From the NCBI RefSeq assembly GCF_964355755.1, contig NC_092671.1, positions 21,018,001 to 21,082,000 of the forward strand: a stretch of DNA of 64,000 bases. Direction: 5' to 3'. Positions 52,426 through 63,098 of the stretch are shown piece after piece. The notes under the pieces are model-generated. The model was not told where the DNA came from, searched no databases, and saw nothing but the letters and a program-made list of their open reading frames with translations. Every line of letters begins with the position of its first letter. Position 1 is the first letter of the stretch. A program made the translations under genes and the position numbers. The stretch comes from Antedon mediterranea (lineage: Eukaryota > Animalia > Echinodermata).

Positions 52426-53560
52426 CATCTATCTGTCGCTTGAGTTTCACTGGAATCAAACCAGCATCATCTGGCAGTCGTGGTAAACTCGCTAATTGTG
52501 ACATAGTATTCAATATATCAGTTATAGGTAGATAAATTACTCGGTCTGTCATTGCTGACCATCCACTAGACGGTAGAACACGTAATTTTAGGAATAAAAT
52601 AGATCTAGCTACGAGTACTCTACCAAGTTCAGACAGCTCTAGATCTGGTGGAATAGGATCAAGATTCAAGCCGTTTCTCGCACACATAGGTGACATTTTA
52701 CCTTTCACCAAGTAACCTTTACATGTATGACAAACATATTTTGTTTTATCGGTAGAGAGCAATTCTGCTTTGATGACGTATAGTTCATATGCCTTGTTCG
52801 TGTTCATTTTCGTTCATAACTTTTCGGTAATTTCCGTTACACCGTTTTTATACGTCCGGTGACACACTATGCATGGGTATATGGGACCATAATGTTCCCA
52901 AAATTTGCTCAATCGATCGTTCTCGGTGTTACTATGTTTTTTATTTGTGTATCGTTTCACACACTTCTCTTTTTTTTTCATCACGATGAGATTCGTAATG
53001 TTTTTTTTTCTTAGCGTTGATATCATCTCGATGAGATTCGTAATGACTTTTCTTCTTAGCTTTGATATCATCTCGATGAGATTCGAGATAACTTTTTTTC
53101 TTAGCGCTGATATCATCTTGATGAGATTCGTGATAACTTTTCTTCTTAATGCTGATATCATCTCGATGAGATCTTTTGAATCTACCTAGCCTCTTAGAAC
53201 GATTTTCATCGCTTTCATTCATAAGTCGCTCTGTTTCATGCTTCTGTTTATATCCGCGTCTATTATTAGAAGTGTAATCATCTGGATACATTTTTCTACA
53301 CGTCATGTTCTTTGCCAAGTGACCTTTAAGACGCTTGAAAGACTTGCCACAACCCTTACATATGGACTGTGATGGAACCTTTGTGTCTGTAGATAGTTGA
53401 TCAGGAGCTGGTTGTTCGGAAACTGATGTATCTGGAGATGGTAGATCAGTAGCCGGTTGTTCGCAAGTTGACTGTTCGGGTTCCTCAGTTTCAAATCCAA
53501 CGACTACTTCAAAATGCACATTGCTTGAATTTACTAAATATATGGAACAATTCTCTCATT
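52426..53560 (-). pseudogene. Helentron N-terminal zinc fingers, 14-aa repeat and DUF6570-like region
   Basis: CKGCGKSFKRLKGHL; (KKSYHESHRDDISA)n encoded by a 42-bp repeat at 52950-53170; GPIYPCIVCHR; VCHTC...NGLNLDPIPPDL. Confidence 0.8.
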
Positions 53561-53577
53561 CTTGTTCCAACTCAAAA

Positions 53578-54197
53578 TCATAGAGTGCAGTAGCAGCATC
53601 TCTGCCAGCCCCAGGTTAGTTCGGTAGTGTTTGCATTGAGATTTTGATAGACGTAAATATCCGTTTTCAATAATGATGCAGCTGCAATTACCTCTAGCAT
53701 CGTAGCCCAGTGAACACTGTCGGCACCAGTTATTGCGAGGTTGTCAAGATGTTCACGAAATGCCTTTTCACGCGAATCTATATTACCATTGAACTCGAAT
53801 TTTTCAAATGCGTTGTTTCTGTGTTGGTGTAAGTGAGTAATCACTGCAGCTGATCGGAGGAACCCGTGCATATACTCATTTCCGAAAAAAACAATTTCCA
53901 TCTGGATATATGTTTCTTTTCTTGAATGAACTTGTCAAGGTCCGTTCTATACTGTCATAATGGACTAGATGCACAGCAATTCAGACTACGACATTGTCTT
54001 TCCTGCCAATTAAAAGTAGGAGGGGAGAAAATGTATTGACTTTCTATATCCGTGACATATTGCATCAACTAAGTCAGTATTCTTCTTACTGCAGTCGGTA
54101 GAGAATTGAGGGGTTTCGTGAGTTTCCCATTTATCATACTTTTATTTGATGATCTCGCCTCTTTCAAATGAGCTTTGCGCTTACTTGAACGAGGCAT
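53578..54197 (-). pseudogene. Helentron OTU-like cysteine protease region and N-terminus
   Basis: WATMLEVIAAASLLKTDIYVY (OTU helix motif), upstream FSPPTFNWQERQCRSL, and an ATG at 54197. The catalytic Cys loop is not seen. Confidence 0.7.
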
Positions 54198-54259
54198 AGT
54201 GTGATATTACGCTTTTTTATATTCTATGTCTGATAAAGTCTTTCAGAAGTACTGTATTT

Positions 54260-54732
54260 GTCTCTGTATTACAACTCGGTATCTAAACCGAGAGGTCTCT
54301 ATATTACAACTCGGGATCTAAACCGATAGGTCTCTGTGTTACAATCCAGTATCTAAACCGAGATGTCTCTATATATTACAACTCGGGATCTAAACCAAGA
54401 TGTCTCTGTATTACAACCCGGTATCTAAACCAAGGTCTCTCTATTTACAACCCGGTGTCAAAACCTAAGTATCTGTATTACAACCCGGTATATGAACCGA
54501 AAGGTACGTCTCTGTATATAACAACTCGGGATCTAAACCGAGGGGTCTCTGAATTGTCCATCCCGGTCTCTAAACCGAGAGGTCTCTGGATTTTACAACC
54601 CGGTCTCTAAACCGAGAGGTCTCTGTATTACAACCCGGTGTCTAAACCGAGAGGTCTCTGTATTACAACCCGTTCTCTAAACCGAGAGGTCTCTGTGTTA
54701 CAACCCAGTGTCTAAACCGAGAGGTCTCTGTG
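54260..54732. repeat. ~34-bp minisatellite (about 14 copies) upstream of the Helentron ORF
   Basis: GTCTCTGTATTACAACCCGGTRTCTAAACCGAGAG tandem units. Confidence 0.9.
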
Positions 54733-55072
54733 TAAATATGGAAAGAGAGAGTAAAAGAAGAATGCTTTCCAATAAAATCTCACTTCTTGTCCTATTTGAA
54801 GACTGATTGCCTACGAATTTGATAGACGGAAAGTGTAGTAAAATCCTTACGTAGTTTTAGCTTTCAACTAAAGTAGCTGGCAGAATGTGTGTAAGTATGT
54901 GATAACAACAGGAAGCAGCTGGCAGAATGTGTGTAAGTGTGTGATAATAGCAGGCGACGTTCAGCAAATTTTGAAATTCAATTTTTGGAGCTGATGTTGA
55001 AGTCAAATATTCTTGGGAGCTGATATCGTATTACGTATATAGTATATTTCACCATAAAGTTTAAGAAAAATA

Positions 55073-55144
55073 GGTTTCGCCAGGGCTCGAACCGGGGACC
55101 TTCTTCGTGTTAAGCAGACTTGAGAACCACTACACTACGAAACC
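55073..55144 (-). tRNA. tRNA-Val(AAC) pseudogene, copy 1
   Basis: GGTTTCG...TT-AAC-AC...GGTTCGAGCC...CGAAACC followed by TTTTT. Single mismatches in the D, anticodon and T stems. Confidence 0.8.
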
Positions 55145-55202
55145 TCTTACACCAAAAATGTGGGTTACACAAAGTTTTTTAATCCATTTAAATTACAAAT
55201 AA

Positions 55203-56448
55203 GGCCAAATAAAAAAATATACTTGTTAAGCGTCACACCCTCATAAATTTTCAGGGGCGGGGGGACGGTTTTTTTTCTTTTTTTTTTTCTTTTTATAGAG
55301 GTATATTTTTGCGCGGTGGACGTTTTTCCCCACTTTTTTTAGGACGAAACGTCAAACTTTTAAAATGCGAAACAGAACAAAATTGACTATGTATGAAATA
55401 TTATTGCTTATGACAAAATTGAGTTTTGTATTGTTTATATCCAGACGTAATTAAAACATTAAATTTAATTGCCACCAAGCGAAATTGTAGGCCCTAGGCT
55501 AACTAATCCGTCCAAGCTGCTACCCCCACCTCACTCACCGGCCATCCGCCGTCTCTCGCTCGACTCATCTATCCAGGAAATTCCCTTTCGCGAGAAACAT
55601 GATTTGGTCTCAATAATACTAAATAGTGGACTGATTTATAGTTTGAAAACAGCTTACGGCATTTCTTAAGTGAATTTTTATTCAACGTATTCATTCTTCT
55701 TTGATGAATCCTTTGCCAATTGCTGTGTAAATCAGTATTTAAAGTTGTGATGCAAAAAGTGTATGTAATTATTCCACAGGTAAACCAGGCATAAGGAAAC
55801 CCATCGCCCAACAGGACCTCTTGGTGTGCCGATCTCGAGCGCGAGATCATCGTAAACAAAATTGGTAGAGTCCATTATGTATGGGGTGTTTCCTATTTAC
55901 GAACCTATAAAAAAACGCGCTTCGACCACTGTGTAGGCAAAATATTTATTTCGTTAAATCCCTAAATTGATAATCGCGTATTCTGTAATCACGTGACTGA
56001 TGATGTAATCCTCAGCGACGTACTAAATGCACATGATTTAATGTGTTGGGGAAAAAGCTTGCTGTTTACCACATTACACGATTCACGGTGCTATTCGCGT
56101 TTCCTTGACGTAAATCGGCGGCGTGTAAATTAAACAATTGTTTTCACCAAATTGACGTTGTCGACATAGAGCGATCGGCGGCTAGCGTTGTCTAAGCTAA
56201 AAAGTACGTATTTTTCAAAAATTACACTAGCCTTTGCTAGTTTTGAAATTTTCAAATAGCAATTATGAAGAATCTACTAGCAAAATGCTAGTTTGCTAGC
56301 GTGAATTTCGAGCCCTACTCTGGAGCTGGGTCGGGCCGCTGAACTTTCCGTTGTATATCGGTAAAAAAAAAATAAAAATAAAAAGAGAGGCGGCTGGATA
56401 ATCAGGAGCGGGCGGTGACGCTTAACAAGTATGTTTTTTTATTTGGCC
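55203..56448. mobile_element. PIF/Harbinger-type MITE
   Basis: TIR GGCCAAATAAAAAAA-ATACTTGTTAAGCGTCAC at both ends, with TAA TSD. Confidence 0.88.
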
Positions 56449-56589
56449 TAAATATAGTAATAAGCACAAAGCAAAATAAACATGTGTAAAAGTGATAATT
56501 ACCGATTACACAAAATAAGTATTTAAAAAAGATATACTGTATATCATATTGCGTATACAGTACTTTTTACCATAAAGTTAAAAAAAAAA

Positions 56590-56661
56590 GGTTTCGCCCG
56601 GTCTCGAACCGGGGACCTTCTGCGTGTTAAACAGACGTGATAACCACTACGCCAAGAAGCC
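56590..56661 (-). tRNA. tRNA-Val(AAC) pseudogene, copy 2
   Basis: Intact anticodon and T arms, two acceptor-stem mismatches, followed by a T-run. Shares its 3' flank with copy 1. Confidence 0.8.
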
Positions 56662-57000
56662 GCATATAGCAACATATAACGCTGTGGTGTGTATCACACA
56701 TTGTGGCTTCTTAATTAAACAAATTAATTAACAAAAAAAGTATGAATGTGCGATGCTCGGGGTACAGCAAATGAAGCTGTAATGACGTCATAAGACGGGA
56801 TGTGACGTCACATACACATCAATAACCTACCAAATACGGCTATATGGTACCATCTTCGAGACGTCATATGGCTGCATTCGGTTTGAAAATTAAAAATCCG
56901 GCTCTCTAGCTTTGAGGACTTGTCCCTGTAGTATATTCATGCCAAATCCCAGCTCAATACTACAACGAATAAAGGAGGAGTAGTACTTAAAAAATTGCAC

Positions 57001-57687
57001 TTTTTAGTCGCGTGGAAGGTCTGTCGGTCTGTCGGTCCGGTATCACTATGCGTTTTATCGCTTTCTGACCTTATCTTATATCAGTTTAATCTAACTAAGT
57101 CAATTTTTCACAGTATATTCCTTATGGCCAGGAATCGATGTGGTTATGTTTTCACGGTGCGCAATAAAAAATTACGCGGTCTACGCACGATTTAACGAAA
57201 TCACGTTTGTAATCATATCTTCACAACCATGAATCACAATTAAATGAAATTTGGTACTCATAAATTTCAGGGCATAAATCATCATATGGCAATACAATTA
57301 CGTGCGTAGTGCATGTAACGCATGCGTACGCGCGCTTAACATTTTCAAAATTTATTTTCGATGAAATAAGAGTACGTTTCAGGCAATTTTAAGCGTTTAC
57401 AAAATTGCCATAAGTGCGCAGATTTTTGCGCGCGCACTGCGCGTTAAATGTTATTGCGCACTCTTTTTGCCCGATTTCTGTTTTCTTGACTTACTTTTCA
57501 ACTCGAAATTACGTTATACGAGCACGTCAAAAGTGACGGACTACGCACGTGTAAATTAAAAAAATATAACTGTTTTTAAACATTTCAACATTTTTAAACA
57601 TGTTCAGTAATTTCGGTCAGTTGGTAGGTTGGTCGGTCGGTCGGTAATTACTAAGCACGTGACTGCAGCCATCTATATGGCCTTGTT
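57001..57687 (+). mobile_element. HINE/DINE-1-like element
   Basis: TTTTTAGTCGCGTG start, (GTCG/GTCT) microsatellite, and an end of CACGTGACT subTIR + GCCAT-ctat-ATGGC hairpin + CTTGTT. Confidence 0.75.
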
Positions 57688-59591
57688 ATTCAATAGTGTC
57701 CAGATGGAGGTAGAAGAGGAGAAAATGAGTAAGTCCTAGACTCGGGTACCCTGAGTAAAAACTACAGCTGCTTAAGAAAAGTGTCCGAAATTAAATGTTG
57801 CGCTCGGACTTGTTTCGGATGTTGTTATCTTGTGGAAACATAACACCCATTTGGATTCGTTTTATTTTTGTGTTTTTTTTCATGGTTTTTTTCTATTTTG
57901 CAATTTTTTTTGCGAGGTTTGTTATCTTTTTTACTAGTTTTGTCATTAGATTTTGGTCTAGTTGAGATTTTTAGCTTTAACCGGTGATACTTAATAATTA
58001 CATATGTTGCGGATTGAACTCGAACGTATTAAGCATTGATATCAATGGCCACAGCGTTGTACTCACTGAGCCAAACCGTGATTTACGTTCATTCTGTTCA
58101 AAGAATAGGTGTAATTGATTAAAACTTCAAAGCGGTCATTCGATACTGTTGACTAAAGACTGTTTTTATAGCGGCCCGGCATGGGATTTGTAGATCCGGC
58201 CATGGCGGTAAGCAACATAGGACAGGGGTCCCAAGTCTCCCGCTACTTGCGGTAGTCTACTGCTTTTAGTACCCATCTACCGCGCTACCGCTATCTTGAC
58301 GTTTTCTACCTCATTTTGATTTTTTTACCGCATTTTCAAATATCCCATATTTTTGGCCAAATTGGTTTACGGTTACACCCAGGCTCAGCCCAGGTCAACA
58401 ATAGTCAATAACCAGACAAAAGTGAGGCAGGATGTTGAAACAATGTCTATTCATGCAGTCTCCGTGGTATATTATTTTATTTTTATTTGTATGCACTGCC
58501 TTTGTTAAATATAGTATAAACATACACGCCGGACATGTAAAAAAAAGAAGCGTGCAACCAACCGTGAATCAATCATGTTGTAACCGGAATAAATTTTGGG
58601 AGGATCCAAGGTTTAACTAAATAAACGCTTTGATTACACAGTGGTTAAGACACGTTTTTAATAGTTATTACATTTTTAAACACCCTCATAATTATAATGG
58701 ACTCTACCAATGTTGATATGCAGCAAAGAACAACAGATCGCACATCGCACAAGGTTGTTGAGGCGGTGTTTTATTTGGTTTTACTGTATGATCCGATAAT
58801 AAGAACTTGTTAAATGATTTCAAAGGCATGGATTCGCCAAGCAAGTAGGCCTACGTTTAGAAAAAAAATTACCTAAGATTGTCAAAAGCTCTTTTGTTCA
58901 AACTTGTTATTTATATAGCAATAATCCACCCGTTCCGGCATGCACGCTAGGCCTCTAGCCTAGGCCTACTCCTCGATTGATCGATGTCGCTGGTGGGGAA
59001 TTTCCCCGCAATAAGAAATCGGCGAAATAGCTCATAAACGGCCTACATTTTAATGTTATATCTTTAATGCCAACATGTGTAAATATTGTAAATACAGTAT
59101 ATATTTTTTAAATTCTTTGTACTGAGGATGTGTCCATAAAAAAATAAGATTAAGAATGTAAAAATATTGATGGATAAACTTATGTATAAATTAAGCCAAC
59201 TTATGTGTAAATATCGTATATATATGTAACATACTGATCTTGATGGAAGACTTAAACAACTTGCTATTTGTAAATAACAAGTTTTCAAGAAGTTGTATAT
59301 TTGTTTGTCTGATCATTAAATGTTATGTTGCATTATTTAGTTAATTAAGAGACGTAAACGACACACGTTGATTTTCGATTCCCCGCGCGTTGACTTTCGA
59401 CGCCCAACGAATTGAATGTGGTTCACGACAAAATCTCCTGCGAATGGACTTTCCCAAGTTGGGACCTCTGCATAGGAGGTTGAGTAGTTTATACAGTGAC
59501 GTAAAAATACGCAAACAATTTAGTAGCATTAATATATAGATTGCATGATATTGCATATTTAGTTCAAATCTAGTCTCTATTTATATTGTGA

Positions 59592-59800
59592 TTACTCAGT
59601 ATTCAGTATTCAGTATTCAGTATTTATTGGTACTCACTTTCGAATCAGTGGCACACACCTTTCGGTGGTGCGTCCATACAAATATAAACAACAACATATA
59701 AAAGGTAAATGATGATAAAACTTACATAATTAACTTACATTGAAAAAAAACCAAAAACAAAAACAAATGTACAGTAGTAATTGCACACTTGAGTAGATAC
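59592..59800 (-). mobile_element. LINE 3'UTR/tail fragment (RTE-X-like)
   Basis: Minus strand GGACGCACC...GTGTGCCACTGATTCGAAAGTG...AATAAA(TACTGAA)n, similar to the 3' end at 25575-25650. Confidence 0.55.
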
Positions 59801-60791
59801 TTAAAAACAATTGCATAACGAGCAAATCAATAAATCGATACAATAGGTCAGTAGTAAATACACATTAGGGCCTACTTACAAAATGTCAGACAGAAAAAAA
59901 AAGTACTTATACATAGTAAATAAAAAAAACACTAAAAAACAAAAAAACAAAAAAAAACAGAATAAAGGCACAATAGGTGAACAGTATAAATAATACATAA
60001 TCATGATAAAATTACTACATAAATCAAAATAAGCACAAATATATGTATATATATGTTTATATGTACTGTACTTGAAATTATAGATATAGCAAACAGCAAG
60101 TACAAGATTTTATTTGTTTAATGATTAGTTATTGGTATATCTAACTGGTCTATCAATGTATAAACTAAATAAGCTAAAATGTCTGACTGAAAAAAAAAAA
60201 ACAAAAAAAAACTTATACATAGAAAATAAAACTAAAAAACAATTGGATAACAGTATAACGATACAATAGGTCAAAAGTATAAATAATACATAATCATGAT
60301 TATGACTCTTTGTCTTTGCTTTAGTATGTTATGATATTTTCAATTACTGTAGCACTTTGAAAGTCAGTGCACTGTACTGAAAGTGCCTGTAGAAGAATAA
60401 ATAAATAGGCTACGCACTTGGCAAGCTAAGCCTACTTGTACAAAAAATGTCAGTTCTACACAGGCTACCGAACGGTCAAAGTTTGTCCGTCATTACTTGC
60501 ACAAAGATTATAACACCGGACGATTAAATGATAGTCGGTCAACACTGCACATGGTGTGGGCGTTTCTCCTTATCAGGTGGGTAAGGAAAGTCACCTATGT
60601 GACGGCGAGAGAAAAATCCAATTAGTCTTGGCATGTCTCTATTGTTTAATATCGTCAAAGTACTATAGTATCTACTCATTGTCTAAATGCTATTGAATTA
60701 CTGCCTGTAACTAACTTCAAGTTCGACATTAAACTTTTTTCCGACAGGATATGTACTGTATACAGTAGAACCTTTATTTTACATACGGTAC

Positions 60792-60967
60792 CAGGGAATA
60801 ATATCGCCAGTGTAGCATAGCAAAAAGCTATACAAAGCAACCTTATTGCTACACATTTCTAAAATTGTGTATCAAAAAAGACAATACAAAACTATGTATA
60901 TCGACTAAAAAAACAGTTTGATTAGCAATAATTGCTAAACAAAATTTTAAAATGAAATATTTCCCTG
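60792..60967. mobile_element. ~176-bp CAGGG MITE, 5-bp TSD, copy 1
   Basis: CAGGGAATAAT / ATATTTCCCTG with TSD GGTAC. Confidence 0.85.
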
Positions 60968-61343
60968 GGTACAGGAACGAAAGGCGTGCGTAAAACATGG
61001 GATTCCTAAAATCCAAGTTGACCTTAAATTGACCCCCAAATACGTAGATAGTAGCTAAAAAGGCTGCCGTGTTTGCCTACTTTGTACAGCATGCAGGTGG
61101 AGCCTTTCCTAGACTAATCTAGGCCAGGCTAGCAGGCTTAACTAGAAAAATACAGTATATACAGGCTGTGCGATGTTTATATAAAATGTTATAAATAAAA
61201 TATCAATGTATCGATCAAAACATTTAATAACAACTTGAGTGAGAAGAATACTGTGATTTACTGTTCATCAAAAGGTGTTTTCATTTATTGTACTATATGG
61301 CCAATATACTTTGTCTAGAATAATATCTTATTATTTTTTGCAG

Positions 61344-61392
61344 GTTTGACCGTGCTCAACTACACAGTCTTGTTACAGAGAAATGCTATCCT
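61344..61392 (+). CDS. MRPL45: MRPL45 coding exon D
   Basis: tttttgcag|G...CCT|gtaagt, 49 nt (phase 2 to 0). Encodes (E)FDRAQLHSLVTEKCYP, matching the mL45 D-x-x-LH-x-LVTE-x-C-F/Y-P motif. The gene continues beyond the window. Confidence 0.92.
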
Positions 61393-61601
61393 GTAAGTAG
61401 CAGACATCAATGACTTGTACCTAAATGATAATAAGTAGCAGTAAACCGTGCTCTGCATGGTCTTTTTCAGCCTCAATATAATAAAAGCGTACTCTGATAA
61501 AAGTATTTTGACAAATTATTAAAATAAAAACATCAAGAATAAAATTCGGAACTATTTGCGGCCATTGATTTTGTTATACACTATCCCTTAACTTTAAGAT
61601 A

Positions 61602-63023
61602 TGTGACCTGATCTGGCAAAACCCTCTCTTTGTCTGCAATTCAAAATTCCCGTAATCAGTCAAAATACGTCCAAATCGACTACACTGGCAGATTACATGT
61701 TTTTGCATTTTCGAAATATTTCACTATTTAAGAATACGTCTACCTGATTTAAACTCCCGCAATTTAATTCAAATTATGAAAAAAGAGAGTTTTAAAAACA
61801 TGTATTTTACTCAAGCCTAACAATTTATTCACGATCTATGCTAAAATTTTGTGTAAATTCAGTTGAAAGTTGCCGAGTTTGACGACATTTTGATCGCCAG
61901 TGCGCTTCACAATGTTGAAAGGTCACACATCAAAATAAAGCTCATCCATTTGACATTCCAAATATGGAAGTTTTTTTAAATCATTGGATTCAAGTTCAAA
62001 CATTGCAGCAAATCTTCCACGTTATAAAAAAAACAAATGTATTAAATCGTCAATACAATGTTAGTAGCTAGCAAGCTGTGACTCTGCAAGGCGCCAAACT
62101 TGTCTAGGCTAGTTTACTACTAACGCCAGCCCCAGTGTCGATGCACCGCTGCCATACACGGCCTGATGAACACCCATCAGTAGGTCTTACAGGCGATGAC
62201 GGCGAAAATCTGAATAGGCCTAGCTAGGCCTAGGCCTGCTTGGTTTTTCGCTGTTGATATCGTAAACACCTCCAAAACCAGTTAAAATAAGCTTGACGTT
62301 ATAATGCTGCTTTTCAATAGTGCAACATAGTTAATTCGAGTGACTAAATAGGTTAAAACGGCGTCTGAAATCAGTCAAATTGACTATGATGTGCACGCTG
62401 CTACTATATCGCACACACTTCCTGGTATGACATCATTGTGCCTACCAAAATACTGCGTTGCTAGGAGTGGAGCTGTGGCTTGGTGGGGAGTGGAGCTGTG
62501 GCTTGGTGGTTATGATGCTTGGCTACCAATCTAAGGGTCCTGGGTTCAAGTCCTGTCACATGTCAGGGTTTTTTTCTCATGACAATTTACAACTCCACTC
62601 CCAAAGACTTAATAATAAGTCTTTGTTTATGTAGAGCATCTTGTGTATATGTTTGTCTTATATGTTCTAGTGCAGTATATGGAGAGCCATCTCGATAGTG
62701 CTTTGCACTCATGGCAATCCTCAGGGTGCTGCACCGCTGTATTGTCATGTATTGTTGTACCTGAAAATTGAATAAAATAAAATAAAATAAAAATAAATAC
62801 GGAGTGAGTTTTCAGCGCGTATCAAAAAGAATTTTATTGCAAACTTCAAACGCGATTTTCTCGTAAACTAATTGAATGATTTGTAAGTTTTTAAAATGTA
62901 ATAACTTTTTAAATATTTACTCAATTTTTATGAAATAAACACCACTACAAATAATCTTAATATATAAAACAATACAAAATGTCTATTTCCGACAAAAGTA
63001 GGGTTTTGCCAGATCGGTTCACA
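61602..63023. mobile_element. Unclassified TIR element (TGTGAC ends; TA or ATAT TSD)
   Basis: TGTGACCTGATCTGGCAAAACCCT / AGGGTTTTGCCAGATCGGTTCACA. The empty site ATATATGTA is seen in the paralog at ~41860. Confidence 0.8.
62464..62798 (+). mobile_element. tRNA-derived SINE
   Basis: A-box TGGCTTGGTGG (head duplicated, 23 nt), B-box GGTTCAAGTCC, (TAAAA)n tail. Confidence 0.8.
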
Positions 63024-63098
63024 TATATGTAAGCTGAAAAATGAAAGCAATACTGCTTACTGGATATGCAACTTTAAACAAAAATAAAAGAATAATAA

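Larger units (their letters stand above)
42317..56995 (-). mobile_element. Decayed autonomous Helentron/Helitron2 (OTU, ZnF, Rep, PIF1 helicase, APE) with nested insertions; 5' boundary uncertain
   Basis: 3' hairpin CCGTGC-aga-GCACGG ~10 nt before a CTAT(AG) end at 42317-42342. Domains are collinear on the - strand from an ATG at 54197 (MPRSSKRK) to the stop at 42892. Confidence 0.85.
61436..63080 (-). mobile_element. Non-autonomous Helitron 3' segment interrupted by a TIR element
   Basis: TAGCAGTAAACCGTGCTCTGCATGG matches the 42318 terminus. The body is homologous to 41740-41910. Confidence 0.7.

Noticed and set aside
52905-53189. Repetitive + strand ORF (DIISMRF)n and alternative frames
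   Set aside because: Antisense or out-of-frame readings of the 42-bp coding repeat in the Helentron.
58005-58075. Possible tRNA/SINE head on the - strand
   Set aside because: Weak A and B boxes with atypical spacing, no cloverleaf and no tail.
55861-58711. Inverted pair ATTGGTAGAGTCCATTAT at 55861 and 58694 as the TIRs of one element
   Set aside because: The left copy lies inside the 55203-56448 MITE, whose right TIR falls between the pair, and there is no clean TSD. These are probably two separate fragments.
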